Positions 11,449 through 23,617 of a stretch of 64,000 bases of DNA are shown in pieces. Positions within the stretch are counted from its first letter, which is position 1, and each line of letters opens with the position of its first letter. Where the stretch lies: positions 434,001 through 498,000 of the forward strand of contig OZ316894.1 of NCBI GenBank assembly GCA_973895155.1, written 5' to 3'. The position numbers were made by a program, and so were the translations under genes. The notes under the pieces are model-generated. The model was not told the origin of the DNA and did not search any database. It worked only from the letters and a program-made list of their open reading frames with translations. This DNA is from Marsupella aquatica. Lineage: Eukaryota > Plantae > Marchantiophyta.

Positions 11449-11956
11449 TAACACTGAAGCTCGAAAGGATTACCCAACGACGAAGCTGTCGCCCGATGAA
11501 GCCGCCTCCAGATGCCCGACCACCACACTCGGCGAGCGCCACACCACATCCCCGACGTGAAACAACGCAAACCAACGCAAAAACGCCCGACTTGGCCTCA
11601 CTAACCCAAAGCACAACACGAAGCGAAGCGCAATACGCAAAACGACATGAAGAACAACACGAGGCGCACACCAGGCAACGAGCTGAGGGGGAGACTAGAC
11701 ACCCATTAGGAACATTCACATAACCCCACTTAGCACATACGATCAACACTAACTAAGACATGGCAAAAAAGGCTTAACCAGGACATTAGATATGGGAAAC
11801 CACCTATATAAGTGATGGTAGCACTCTTTCCTCGAGAAGAAAGCGGCGAGGTTTTAATGAGGCTACATCACACAGGTGGACCCCTAAACCGGATTATACC
11901 CTAGGTTCAAGAGATGTGGTTACTTTATGCTCCTCCATAAACTAACCAAGGGGGAG

Positions 11957-12153
11957 TGTTGTAAACCCTAGTTTACCCCTTAACCATAGGGCGAGAACCC
12001 TTAACCATAGTATGAGAACTCCTAACCATAGGACCAGTATAAGGGCATTTGCCTACCATGTAACCAAGGGGATATATATATCCCCTCATCAATAGTAATG
12101 GATCTATCTTGTTGGAGTATCTTTGAGTGTTCCTTTAGTTGTCTATTACAACA
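11957..12153 (+). repeat. 3' LTR of copia
   Basis: Matches 6282-6478; preceded by PPT, followed by TSD. Confidence 0.95.
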
Positions 12154-13156
12154 GAATCTACTCAATTTTTAGTATACTGAAATTAAGAGTTTAAGAGTTT
12201 AAGTTTTTACGTTTTTAAGAGTTTAAGTTTTTAAGAGTTTAAGAGTTCATACTTAGCCATTTTTTCCGGCTTTCCACTTATTGAATCGTCGTTTTGACTT
12301 TTTGAGGGTTATGAAGAGGCATGTATCTTCGACCCTGTGACCTCTTATTCTGTAGTTCATCACTATTTATACCTCTTCCCCTAGTGTAGAGAGATGGTTA
12401 AGTTCTGCATTTTTGCCTCCCTTTTGTTAAGTCTATTGATTCTGAACCTACGAGTTCTAAATCAGACTTAATAATTGGAGAGACTTACCTCCTTCTTGTA
12501 TTTTGGAACCCAAATACTTGAAGTAAAACCTCAGTTATGAATCTCGTGAATTATAATGTCAGATTCCGCTTTGGTGACACATTATAATCTCACAAGTTCT
12601 TAGAGTTAACTCATTGAGTTTAAGTTACATTGGAAATGATGTTTTCACCTTCATGTTGCTTAGTACCATCTAAATGCTGAAGTATTTATCCTTTTAGATC
12701 TTGACTAAGTATCACTTAGGAAGAAAGGTCAAGACATGTTGCCGGCATTTTAAAAGGATACTCTAGTATGCAGTTTAGATCTGAAAAGCCGTGTGGATTT
12801 GAATTTCCTTAAAGTCATTCCATTATTACTTATGTCTAAGGAGTAACCTTGGTCTATTCCAGACTCCCTTAAGCATACTCTGAGAGATTTTTCCTTGTGT
12901 TTTGTTAATTGCAATCTTTTGCTTAATTGAAGGTTATCTGATGTTGAGTTATCATCAAAAACTACTCACCGCTGTGGAGCGATCTTCAAAGTACCTGATT
13001 AAAGTAATCAAGATTGATTACTATGTGTGACACAAGAGCTTAAAGCTTTGTTTTTAGTTTGTTACATCAAACCAACCCCATCTTGTTCTTAAAGGGAACG
13101 AATACCGAGTTTGGAGACTTTAAAATGTGATTTTTGGTTCTCTATGGCAAACTACA

Positions 13157-14984
13157 AGTCACAGCGGTGGTAGAATTGAAGCAGATGTTAGTAGAGGCCC
13201 CAGTCATGATAGCACCGGACTGGAACAAAGATTTTCATGTTTTTGTAGATGTCTCGGGCTTCTGTATTGGCTCAGTACTAAGTCAGTTGGATGAAAAAGG
13301 AAGGGACCATCCCATATACTTCGCAAGCCGTCAGCTTGCCGATGCCGAACGGAACTACTCTACCACAGAAAGAGAAGCATTAGGAGTCATTTATTCTTGT
13401 AAAAAGTTTAAGCATTATTTACTAGGGTACAAGGTAATCTTTCATACCGATCATGAAAGTTTGAAGTACCTAGTCAATAAGCCGGACCTTACAGGCAGAG
13501 TAGCAAGATGGATTTTGCTATTACAGGAGTTTGACTATGAGCTGAGAATCAAGCCGGGAAAGTTACATGCCAATGCCGACTTCTTTTCAAGGATCACAGG
13601 TAAACCTGCCACGGATTGCATCGATGATCGATTCCCCGACGAGGAGCTATTCGTTGTGGAAATAGCTGGTACATGGTACCCTGAGATTTTACAATTTCTC
13701 AGCACTTCCAGATTACAGCCAGGATTAAGCCGAGAGCAAGCCGCAGTCTTTGTGCGGAAGGTCAGACAGTATCAGTGCATTAAAGGCATACTGCACAAGC
13801 ATGGAATCAACGGCACGATTCAAAGATGTTTGGAAAAGAGAGAGGTAAAACGAGTCCTACGGGCCATGCATGGAGAGGAGGCCGGAGGACATTTTGCCCC
13901 AGTAACCACGTCTAAGAAGATATTAAATGCCGGTTACTGGTGGCCCACCTTGCACAAAGATGTCTATCAGTTTATCAAACAATGCGATCCTTGTCAACGA
14001 GCGGGAGGACCAAGGGCGTCCACCAGGCATCCACTGCACCCTATTCTACCTCTGGCACCATTTGAGAAGTGGGGTATTGATTACATTGGACCTCTGAAAC
14101 CACTGACCCACCCTCGACGGAACAAGTACATAATCCTGGCTACAGATTATGCAACTAAATGGGTAGAGGCCAGACCAACAATGAAGGATGATGCAATTAC
14201 TACGGCTAGATTCATGTATGAGCAGATCTTCACCAGGTATGGAGCACCCCTAGAATTAGTTAGTGATAGAGGAACCCATTTTTTGAATGATATAATTAGT
14301 CGTTTAAATGAGCAGTATTTAGTTAAACATAGGCCTACTACTCCCTACCATCCAAAGGCAAACGGGTTGACAGAACGAGCAAACGGAATTATAGGAAAGA
14401 TATTGAACAAAACAGTAGCGCAGAACAAACTTGATTGGGACGATAAATTGTTTGCTGCTGTTTTTGCTTACAATCTTGCCTATAAATCCACTACCGGTCA
14501 TACACCCTTCTTCTTAACCTTTGGACAAGAAGCCCTGGTACCCATGCAACTTGAGATACCGACATTTCAAGTTACAATTGAGGAAAGAGCCTCAGCGGAG
14601 GAGAGCCTAAAGGAGCGAGAATATAGGTTAGAAGCTTTAGAGGAAGCGAGAATGATTTCAGCCGAGAGAGTAGAATATAGACAGAATATCATGAAGCAGC
14701 AGTATGATAAAAAGTTGAAAGTAGTTAGTATTCATACCGGTGATCTTGTGCTACTTTATGACAGTAGGTATAGTAGGTTTCCAGGAAAGCTTTACACTCG
14801 CTGGTTAGGACCCTTTAGAGTAACCATGATGTTCCCCAATGGCTCCGTACAATTGGCCAACATTACGGGAGAGGTATATCCAGTTCGCATCCATTATGAC
14901 CGCCTCAAGAAATACTATATGGACGAAGATGAAGTTGTTCGCGAGGACGCTTCACAATTAAGTGGGGAGCTATGTGATGCCTAG
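13157..14984 (+). CDS. pol: Pol part 2 of A1: RNase H and integrase
   Basis: YSTTEREAL, HTDH; H...H...CDPC zinc finger; GIDY, SDRG, LTERAN triad; WLGPF; stop codon falls inside the LTR. Confidence 0.92.
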
Positions 14985-17900
14985 ACAGGAATCACTCGGC
15001 CGGTTAAGTGGGTAAAGCAGGAAGGCACCCTAGGAACACCTTAGTATAGGGACAAAACAAGGAAAATATAAACCATTAGGGGCAACCATGGAACCCGGGC
15101 CGAGGCCGGAGGTAAGGATGCTGAGGGTGAAAACTCGATTAGGGTTAGGGCGCGTTAAGCGTCGGCGGCTAGGAAGGATCAACGGGAAGAAGGACCGGCA
15201 GAGGAGAGGGGTAAGGAGCGCTTGCAGGAGATGGTGGCTCATTTGCAAGCACGAACTAGGCAGACGACTACGGGAGGCCAACTACTGTCAGCTGCTTAGG
15301 CAAGCACTCGGGGAGAGAGTAGATACCGACGATCGACCTAAGGAGGGTATGAGCAACGTCAATCAAGCGGCACATTTCTGGGGATGCCTGTTCGAACGGG
15401 CAACTGAGTACATCAAGACTTACGAGGACGAGGAATCAGAAAGGGCAGCTCGAGAACGGCAGGAGCTCGCTCGATTGTGGGAGCTGCAGAAGACGGCTTT
15501 CTTAGGAGGCGAACTCATCAAGGACGAGTTCCTGTGGACGCCTACTTCCAATCAACTCGACGATCTTCTGTTTTGCAAAGACAGCGTCGTCGGCATCCGA
15601 GAGGCCATCAAGAACTGCAACGACATACACTGGGAATTAAAGGGTAGCACGGAAAGGTGGACCCAGGCAACGGTGCTAGGAGAAACCTCCACAGCAGCAG
15701 AGATGAAGAGGAAGGGAGCCGTCAACGATGAAGCCACCCCGGCAAAAAGAACGAGGTCGGCGGCACCAAAGAAGCCAGCCGAGCAGCAGAGCAGGAGGCA
15801 GGGAGAAGCCGAAGAGGAGGAGGTCGATCCCATCAAGGCCATTCCAACCAGGGATGACACCTGGAAGGGCTGGGCGGCAACCCTACCGGTGGAGGTGCAA
15901 CTACATTTTGCACGGGAGGAGGATGCATGCTTTACGGCCATGCAGACCAAGAAGTACCAAGGCTTCATGGCCGGATCTGGCTTAGAGGCCTTTGTAAGAT
16001 TACCATGGCTGAAGCCGGAGGTACCGGAGTCAGACCTATTAGAATTCGTGGGGTCATGGGAACCCGAGACCAATTGCACGAGGATATATGGGAAGGATTT
16101 CTATCTTACTCCCAAGGTAATTGCCGAAGTGTTTGGCTTGCCGATAGGCAATAAGACCAAAGTTGATACCAGGAAGACCTTGCCTGACAAGGAGTTCCGG
16201 TCGTTCCCCGGGCCATCAACGAAGAATGGCTTCTTCCGGAACACCTGCACCAACCCGCACATAGGAGAGATGATCGACTTCTTGCGGGTGACCATGCATT
16301 GTAACTTGCCGAGGGCAGAGATCGGCAAGGCACAGGTCTATCTGGCAGAAAGGCCAGACCCAAGCCGGGACTACAACGGGTACCTCCTCAACCAATTGAA
16401 GAAGATCTTAAAGGAGGAGCAACAGGTAATCGGCATGGGGAGCGTGTCGCGGCTTGGCTATCACATGCCGCTGTTGTGCCGGTATGCCAGAGGTCAGACT
16501 TTTGCCCCGGTACTTCCCCTGCAGGTAAGGGCACCCGAGGAAGCTCCAACGCCGAGGCCGTTGGCTGAGAAGCCTCAACCACCTGTTAGCCCTACGATCG
16601 AGCAGGTGTTTAGGCCCAGGAAGGAGGACTTGCCGATGCAGCAACCAGGCATGCAGAGTCTGCTGAAACTACTGGAGAACGAAAAGAAATTGGCATCGGC
16701 AACAACAACGGCAACGGCAACAATGCACGACACTACTACAGAGGTAGGCCTACACCGGCTCACAAGAGAAAACCCCTTTGCTGGAGACAAGGAGAGAATC
16801 AGGCCGGAATCCAAGCCCGGTGTTCGAATGTATGTGGGAATCTCAAGCTCCGAATCTGAGGCAGAATTGCCTGAAGCTCCTACCGACGAAGAGGAGAGGG
16901 AGAAGCCGGACGGCCAAGAAGTAGAGGAGGCAGTGGAGGACTGCAGCCATGATAATTCCGGCTATGGGTCGGACCATCACGTCCCAGGAGTAAGGACCTG
17001 TGGCCGGTTTGTCCCCACACTTCCAAGGGTAGTGCGAGGGGACCCCAACCAGCAGAGTAGCCCTGAGTCTCCCCCACCAGATGTTGCTCCCCCGAGCTTC
17101 GACGGCATAAAATAGACGGTGCAGGAATTTCAGGAGCGAATCAAGCACGAGGAGGAGGCAGCCCTGGCTAAGGAAAAGGATTTACCAGGAGAAGATTGGC
17201 CGGAGGACATCAGGCGGCTAGCCAAAAAAGGAAGCAAACCTCTAGCCACGATTGAAGAGATCCGCAGGACGGCTTGGGAGCAGAGGCCGCGATGGGCGAT
17301 GCCGATCACTTCTACTTACTCCACCTACGCTAAGAATAGAGCCATGGAGTATGGTGAGATGTGTGGGGAACTTGCGCTCGGCATCTTTGGAGAGGAGTTG
17401 GAGGTAGGACCCTTTTTCCATAGGGAGCAGTTGGAGAAGCACCAATTAGAAGAAGCGGTGGCTTTAGAGAGAAGCAAGAAGGACGAGGTCATTCGGCGGC
17501 TTAGGAGGATGGAAGCCGAGATTGAAGATCTAAGGGCGGCCAAGAAAGCCCAAGATGAACTGCAGATTAAACGACATGAGCTGAACATCATGCAGGGGCA
17601 GTTGGACACCGCGCAGGCTGATAATCAGAATATCAAGGATAAACTGACTCAGACGCAGGGAGAGTTGGCCGACACGATCAAAGAGAGGGAGAAGTGGAAG
17701 CAAGAGCTGAAGAATACAGAGGAGGCCCACATAACAGCCAACAGCCGGGCCATGGCGGAGACCCAAAGAAAGGAATGGGCGTTGAAAGGGGAGCTCGAGA
17801 AAATCCGTGGAGCCCTTGAGCAGAAGGAGGCCGAGTTAGGGAAATCCTATCAAGGGATTATGGCGCTGCAGCAGGAGCTTGCGTCCCTGACGGCCAGCTT

Positions 17901-19632
17901 CAAGGCCGACCTAAGGGAGAAGGACGAGATGCTCGAACAGACTTACGCCAAGATGAACCAGATGGAGTCTGTCATCATTGCAGAGCTCGACAAGGAGCTA
18001 AAAGCAACCCAGGAGGAGAGGACTACCTTGAAACAAGAGCGGGAGGAAGCCCAGAAGGAACTAGAGGAGGCACGCAAGGACCTGGATGAGACCCAGGAGG
18101 AGTTGGAGGAAATCACGAGGAAGATGGAGAACCTCCAGCGGCGGGCCGACAACCAAACGGAGCGGCTGAAGAAACAAGCCGCAGTATTTAAGTGCTTGTC
18201 TTCATCAGGCCCAACTCCAATTGGGGCAACCAAGTTACCAGGAGTGGTACTGGCCGAAAAAGCCGCGCCACCTGCACCAGTGCCGGAAGTAAGTGGGAAG
18301 GGGAAGGGACCAGCTGCCGAACCAGAAAAGAAGAAGAAGCGGAAACCTTCAGGGTCAAAGAGTAATCCGACTCCACAAGCCGTGGTGACCAAAGAGGTAG
18401 AACCAGCACCATCCTCCGACATGAATACGGCAATAGATCCCGCTATGATCACAGGTGGGGGTGGTGCGGCCCAAGCCGAACTACTCAGTAAGGAGGCCGG
18501 TATTCCAGATCCGCCTCTTGAGCAGGCCGGGGAGACCGTAGCCGAGGCTGAGGCCGTAACCGATTCCCGAGCCGATGCCGACGCTGATGGTGGACCCAGT
18601 CAGGCCGATGGAGAGTTGACTCAGTCAAGGGCAGGTAATCTGTCAGGGAATGAGCCTACGGCAGTGGCTGAGGAGGAAGCGTTGGGGGCGTCCATTAAGG
18701 ATCCACCACCGGTGTCGTGACGGTGCAAGGGCGCCGTTCCTTTTAGGGAGGGCGGACGTGGAGGGAGGAGGCGTGAGTGGGCAGGGCGGGCGCGGATCTC
18801 CACGTTTAGGATTAGGATCAGAACCAGGAGCGGCCCTGACACTTAGCTTAGTGGGATTGCGGTCCCACTGGTAGGAGCAACACTTGTGCTCCTGCCTTGC
18901 TGTACATAGGTAGATTCAGGCAAGTAGATTACTGTTAAGTAGATTAGGCTTACGATGCAAAGAATGGCGGATCCACTACCAGGATAAGTACCTGGGCAGC
19001 GGGGAGCTCAGGGCCTCTTCTTTAGCAAGTTTTTAGTTTGCACCAGCCGGGCTGGGATCAAGTAGTACGAGAAGCTCTCGGTTAGTCATACAGTGACCCT
19101 TGTGTATATTCATGTTTCCTCATGCCTAAGAGCTGAATAGAGTTGGCCTCACGGCTTAGTTCGCAGAACTTGTGTATGAGATGTACTGTTTGTATGGCAA
19201 GTGCATGGTATGACTCAGTCAGAATGAGTCATTTTGCTATTTGTGTGTCGCATTAACTTGTGTGAAGAGTGCCCACATCAACCAAAAGGAAGGAAAGTAA
19301 GCAGGGGAGTGAGAGTTGGATGTGTCGAGCTGAGAGAGGTCTTAGCGGCTTAACCAAGCCTATTGGGGATCATTCCGGCGGCGGAATCCAAACATACCTA
19401 ACAAGATGGAGGGGAAGACAGGGGAAGGCCTAGATTAGGCCGGCTACGTATCTCATGACCCGATGAAGGATCTGTCCAGTATATGTGTGTAAAATGTTAA
19501 TAGTAGTAGTAGAAGGTTAGCAGCGTCCCATGCCGCTAAGCCGCGGAAACGGCCTCGCCAAGCGCGAAACCCGCGGGAATCGGCTTGAGCTGGGGGGTTT
19601 CTTGGGTTTAGGGAGCCATGGGACGCACCACA
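14973..19632 (+). repeat. Giant (~4.66-kb) 3' LTR of gypsy A1 containing an accessory ORF
   Basis: Starts TGTGATGC just after the PPT; ends GCACCACA (7/8 inverted match); the same start is a clean integration junction at 25502 and follows the PPT again at 36209. Confidence 0.8.
15088..18720 (+). CDS. LTR-encoded accessory protein (~1210 codons, one in-frame TAG at 17113-17115): accessory domain, long coiled coil, basic NLS-like motif
   Basis: ORFs 15088-17115 and 17119-18720 are in the same frame; conserved in copies at 23618-25392 (-) and 36314-37657; E/K/Q/L-rich heptads; KKKKRK. Confidence 0.75.
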
Positions 19633-20007
19633 CTGCTCTGCTGTGACGCCGCTGGTATGGCGGGTAATGAATAATTCGGTCTAACCGCGCTTAGCACGCG
19701 CGTTAGGGGTATCTTAGGCAATTATTATTAGCATACGACAATATTTAAGTAGCCATTATGAGTAGGAAATCATTAGGCAATAAGGAGAGTCCGTGTTCGG
19801 GCTGGCGGCGGGTCGCCATTCGCACGCCCGGGTTGCGAGCGTGTAATGGGCCCCATTTTCCCCTCCCTCGGATCCGTATAACAAACTCCGGAAGGTGGTC
19901 ACTGACACGAGCTGACCCGGACCGGCGAAGTGGTCGGTACACTGCGAGCATGAAAGGCTCGGCCTATAAGCGACGAGGAGGAGTCGGGCGACCGACAAGC
20001 TCTCAGG

Positions 20008-20015
20008 GTATAAAA
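20008..20015 (+). promoter_or_regulatory. Candidate TATA box ~105 bp upstream of the B ORF
   Basis: TATAAAAA; conserved in B2 (TTTTATA at ~35603-35609, minus strand). Confidence 0.5.
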
Positions 20016-20114
20016 AGGGGGCTGATCCTTTGCAGTGCACCAGTTCTTCAGACCATGCGCCAGCTTTGACCCCAGCTCGCTCGTTCATCCTTAGTCACCT
20101 GCTATCTCCTCTAA

Positions 20115-22740
20115 ATGTTGCACACGATCCTTTCTAGTTCGGCTATACGATTCTGGACACAGTTCTTGTCTATCGGAGGGCACTTGGCCGACTCATTGAA
20201 ACATGCCAACCCGCGCTGATACAAGATCGAACGCGAATACGAGAGGGCCATCCGCCTAGCAGGCCGCCACCACTATCTCCTTAACTTTGATTACCCGTCC
20301 CAGAGCGAGCTCTACCGACCCGAAGAAATCTCGGGGTACTTCTTCAACTGGGGCAAATACATTGGATTCTGGAAAGCATTACTTTGGCTTCCAGACGCGG
20401 TCTTCTCTATCCCGGGCATGATCGATTTACAGTGGCACCACTTTGACCACATCCCCGCTCGGGTCCAGGCCATCATTAACAGCAAGTTTAGCATGACCCG
20501 GTCGACAAGACCGTCTACACTTGCTTTGGAAGATCTCTACCGGCACCTGCAGCACTTCATGGGAACCAGACCATCAACCAACGGTGCCGACTCAGCCGAG
20601 CCCGGGCCTGTGCCCGTGCCTGCACCTACACCTACACCTCCTTGATCTCAACCAAGCCGGTCCCACCACCGGTCCCACCCCCTCTCCGAGTATGGTCCGT
20701 GGTGAACGCGGTGAACATTAGTTCCAAAGATGAGGAGGCTCACCCTCCTTTGAATCGACGGCCATGGGGTACGACTCAACAAACGCCAAACACCCCAGCA
20801 CCACTCGAGCAAGCCTGAGGGGATAACGCGGTAACTCTAGTGGCCTCGACACCAATACTCACGGCAGTCGCGCTACCACCACCTGACCGGGAAGAAGGAG
20901 AGATGTCCCCCTCTTCTAGTCACCTCGGGAATCAGTCTCGGGGTAGGAAGAGGAAGGAACCCGGATCCGTATCCGGGTTGCCGTTTGCCACGGTTGCGGT
21001 AGCCAAGCTGACCATGCATCGCATGGGGGACAACATTCATAAGAACATCCTCCACCCCAAGCATGCATGTTATCTGAAGACCCAAGGGTTTGAGCACCTC
21101 GCCTCTCTCCCTTGGAACGTAAGCAGGTACTACGGACAGGATATGACGGAGTTCATTCAGAAATTTGACGAGGCCCGTCAACAAACCCGAGCGCACGGGA
21201 GAGTGATGTGTCTCAATGAGGCACGTCTGAAGATGATTTTTGGCTTACCCGAGGGGATAAACCAAGTTGAATCACGGGCTCCTGGAGGCAAGGGAGCTAA
21301 ATACCAGTCCTCTAGCTTCTTGGCCGAGGGGGTAGTGGACAATGGGTTCTTAATGAGGACGTGCCTCATCCCGGAGGTAGCAAAATGCTTGGAGTTCCAG
21401 CATTATGCCCTCCATATGATGGAACCCAAAGGCAAAATATTGGCCGCCCAGGTCATCCAGGTGGAGAATTATCGGCCCAGGAAGTGGGCGTCCTACTTCG
21501 TCAAGAAGTTCCACAAGGAGATGGAGCGGAGGAGAAAGACTTTGAACCTTGGCGGCAGGGCATACTTTGCTAGCCACATCAAAATAATCATCGAGTGGTA
21601 CGCTCGTTTAGACCGCCGCAGCCTCCCGCGTAGCAACGAGCCCGAGCTGACCCCGTCAAGATGGGTGTTCCCAGCCCAGGTGAGGTGACCGCAGCCCGAG
21701 GCCCAAAGTCTGGCAGCTGCAAGCCCTACTACCCCGACCCCGCAACCCGCCGTTGCTGCCCCGCCAAGCACACCCATAGATGTCATCGCAACCTTAGACG
21801 CAATCAATCGGGGCAATACAATTGAAGCCGGGCCGGATGAAGCCATACCCGAAGCAGAGGCCACGGTAGCCGAGGGGATTCAGTCACCCCCCACGGGTGT
21901 ACCGGAGAACCACCCAACTCTAGTGGAACCAGCCCCTTTGACCAACTTACCTCAAGGGCTGGATGTATCCACTCCTACACCCCACGGGTTGGAGTCTGCC
22001 CGTGCCCGAATCCAGATGGACACAGTCTAGACCATCCGGAACTCTTTGCGCCGGGCATGTTTCTAAACGGGTTGTTGGGAGATTTCTCTCAACAGATCTC
22101 TCGGGATACCGGGGAATACATGGCCCGGAGGGTGGCCTACTTCTTCAACCAGGAGTTGGTTGCGGTTGTAAGGGCGGGACATGCGCAGGCAGAAATGGCG
22201 CAGAGAATAGAGTGATATCGGGTTGAGTCTGCCTACCTGAAGGACAAAGTGGCAACCCTGGAGGCTGAACTCCAGCAGCTGCGGCCTCAGGTAACGGCCA
22301 CGGAGGACCAGGTTGCCGAGGCTAGGGCCCAGGCAGTTTTAGCAATACAGGCCGGGCTCGGGAAGGACGCCAAGATCACGCGGCTCCGGACCAAGATTGA
22401 CGGTTTGAAGGGACAAGCTGTCAGGTGGCAGAAGGATTTGGAAGAAGCTGACTCCAGGTCTCAACGGGACACAGCCAAGATTGACACCCTGAAGGCAGAG
22501 GTGGCGCGGCTTCAAGAAGAAGCCATGAAACAGGCCCAGTTGGAGGACAAGCTGACGAGCAACACCCAACAATTGGAGGAGGCATGTTAGGAGGCCGCGG
22601 AAGAGGCAAACACGGCGAAGCAGGAGAACAAATCTCTGCTGGACCAGGTCCAGCTACTTAAGCAGGACGCCGACAGGCTCATAAGGCAGCGGGATAGCCG
22701 CTCCCACTTGGGCGGTTCTGGCAAGCGTGCCAGGCATTAG
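20115..22740 (+). pseudogene. Decayed ~870-codon accessory ORF of B1 (several nonsense codons)
   Basis: MLHTILSS...GFEHLASLPW...MIFGLP...coiled coil...GKRARH; colinear with the B2 ORF. Confidence 0.75.
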
Positions 22741-23617
22741 GGGCGGGGTAGGATTATGATAGAGTTAGGATATTGAGACAAGCACCTGCCCTAGTTAAAG
22801 CAGTACTGCCATGCCAGCCAGCCTGCGTAAATTAGGATCTTCTAATAAGACAAGCCGTCTTCCGGCCTGACAGTCAGCTTAGATTAGGACCTTAGATTAG
22901 CGAATCTTCGGGTGCGAGGGCACTCCGCCCTTACTATTTAGTGCACCCCTCGATAGAGGCAAGGGGGGGTGTTTTTAGTCTCAGAGTTGGGCATCCGCGC
23001 TATGTGCGGGGAGTCCCAACCTCTGGGAGTGAAAGAGTACCAAGGGGAGGGGGTAGGACTAAGCTCGTTGGGCAAGTGCGGAGCCAGGCTTCGTTGTAGT
23101 GTACTCCCTCGGCCTTGGACCTGTTCATTCCAGAGCTGTCGGGTCAGCCAAGTGTACGCGTATGTCCCCTATGTAGTAAAATCCTTTCCATTCATTTCCT
23201 TCGTGTAAATTGAGATTGTATGCTTATGCGTGTGTATATGTGTGCGCATCTCGTGTATAGGTGCCAATGTCGGGCCGAATGCACTACCCAAGTCGTGCAC
23301 GGGGTGCAGCCTGTGGGTAAGTGGTTGCAAGCACGGGTTGAGTACCCGTATCATCAAATCCGGATCGAAGGCGGACAACACGAAGGCTTAGAAGCCTTAA
23401 GCTGGGGTCAATCCTGCTATCGTCTAAGGTACATTCCGGCGGCGGAACACAAACCATACCTAGGAGGTGTCCGTATTTAACAGTAGGCGCACTTAGCGCT
23501 AGTTTACGTGAATTAGGTGCATTCCGTGCTTCCCTCCCTGCCCGAACCCTCATATTTACGAAGGATGTGCCTGTCTAAGCTGAAGCCCGAATTAAGGTCA
23601 AGGCTAACAACGTGACA

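Larger units (their letters stand above)
6282..12153 (+). mobile_element. Intact Ty1/copia LTR retrotransposon, Bianca-like
   Basis: Two 197-bp LTRs (6282-6478, 11957-12153) identical by eye; TSD GAATC (6277-6281, 12154-12158); PBS CGTTATCAGCACGA; PPT AAGGGGGAG at 11948-11956. Confidence 0.95.
3198..13156 (+). mobile_element. Cassette D1: ~4.1-kb solo-LTR-like element (net of nested copia) with one long ORF
   Basis: Ends TGTAG...CTACA; TSD AGTCA at 3193-3197 and 13157-13161; removing it restores pol (PTPERVTAVVELKQ, as in copy A2). Confidence 0.85.
1..19632 (+). mobile_element. Ty3/gypsy LTR retrotransposon copy A1 (non-chromovirus; 5' part outside window), interrupted by cassette D1 at 3198-13156
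   Basis: Domain order gag zinc knuckles-PR-RT-RNaseH-IN with no chromodomain; PPT AAGTGGGGAG at ~14960-14969; 3' LTR TGTGATGC (14973)...GCACCACA (19632). Confidence 0.9.
19642..23617 (+). mobile_element. Cassette B1: 3976-bp solo-LTR-like element
   Basis: TGTGAC...GTGACA; TSD TCTGC at 19637-19641 and 23618-23622; end-to-end homolog of B2. Confidence 0.85.

Noticed and set aside
15088-18720. LTR ORF as a retroviral-type env
   Set aside because: No signal peptide or hydrophobic transmembrane segment visible; the protein is charged, coiled-coil and has NLS-like motifs
17119-18720. Captured host myosin/SMC-like gene
   Set aside because: Only generic coiled-coil composition; in frame with the element ORF, intronless, and analogous segments occur in B and C
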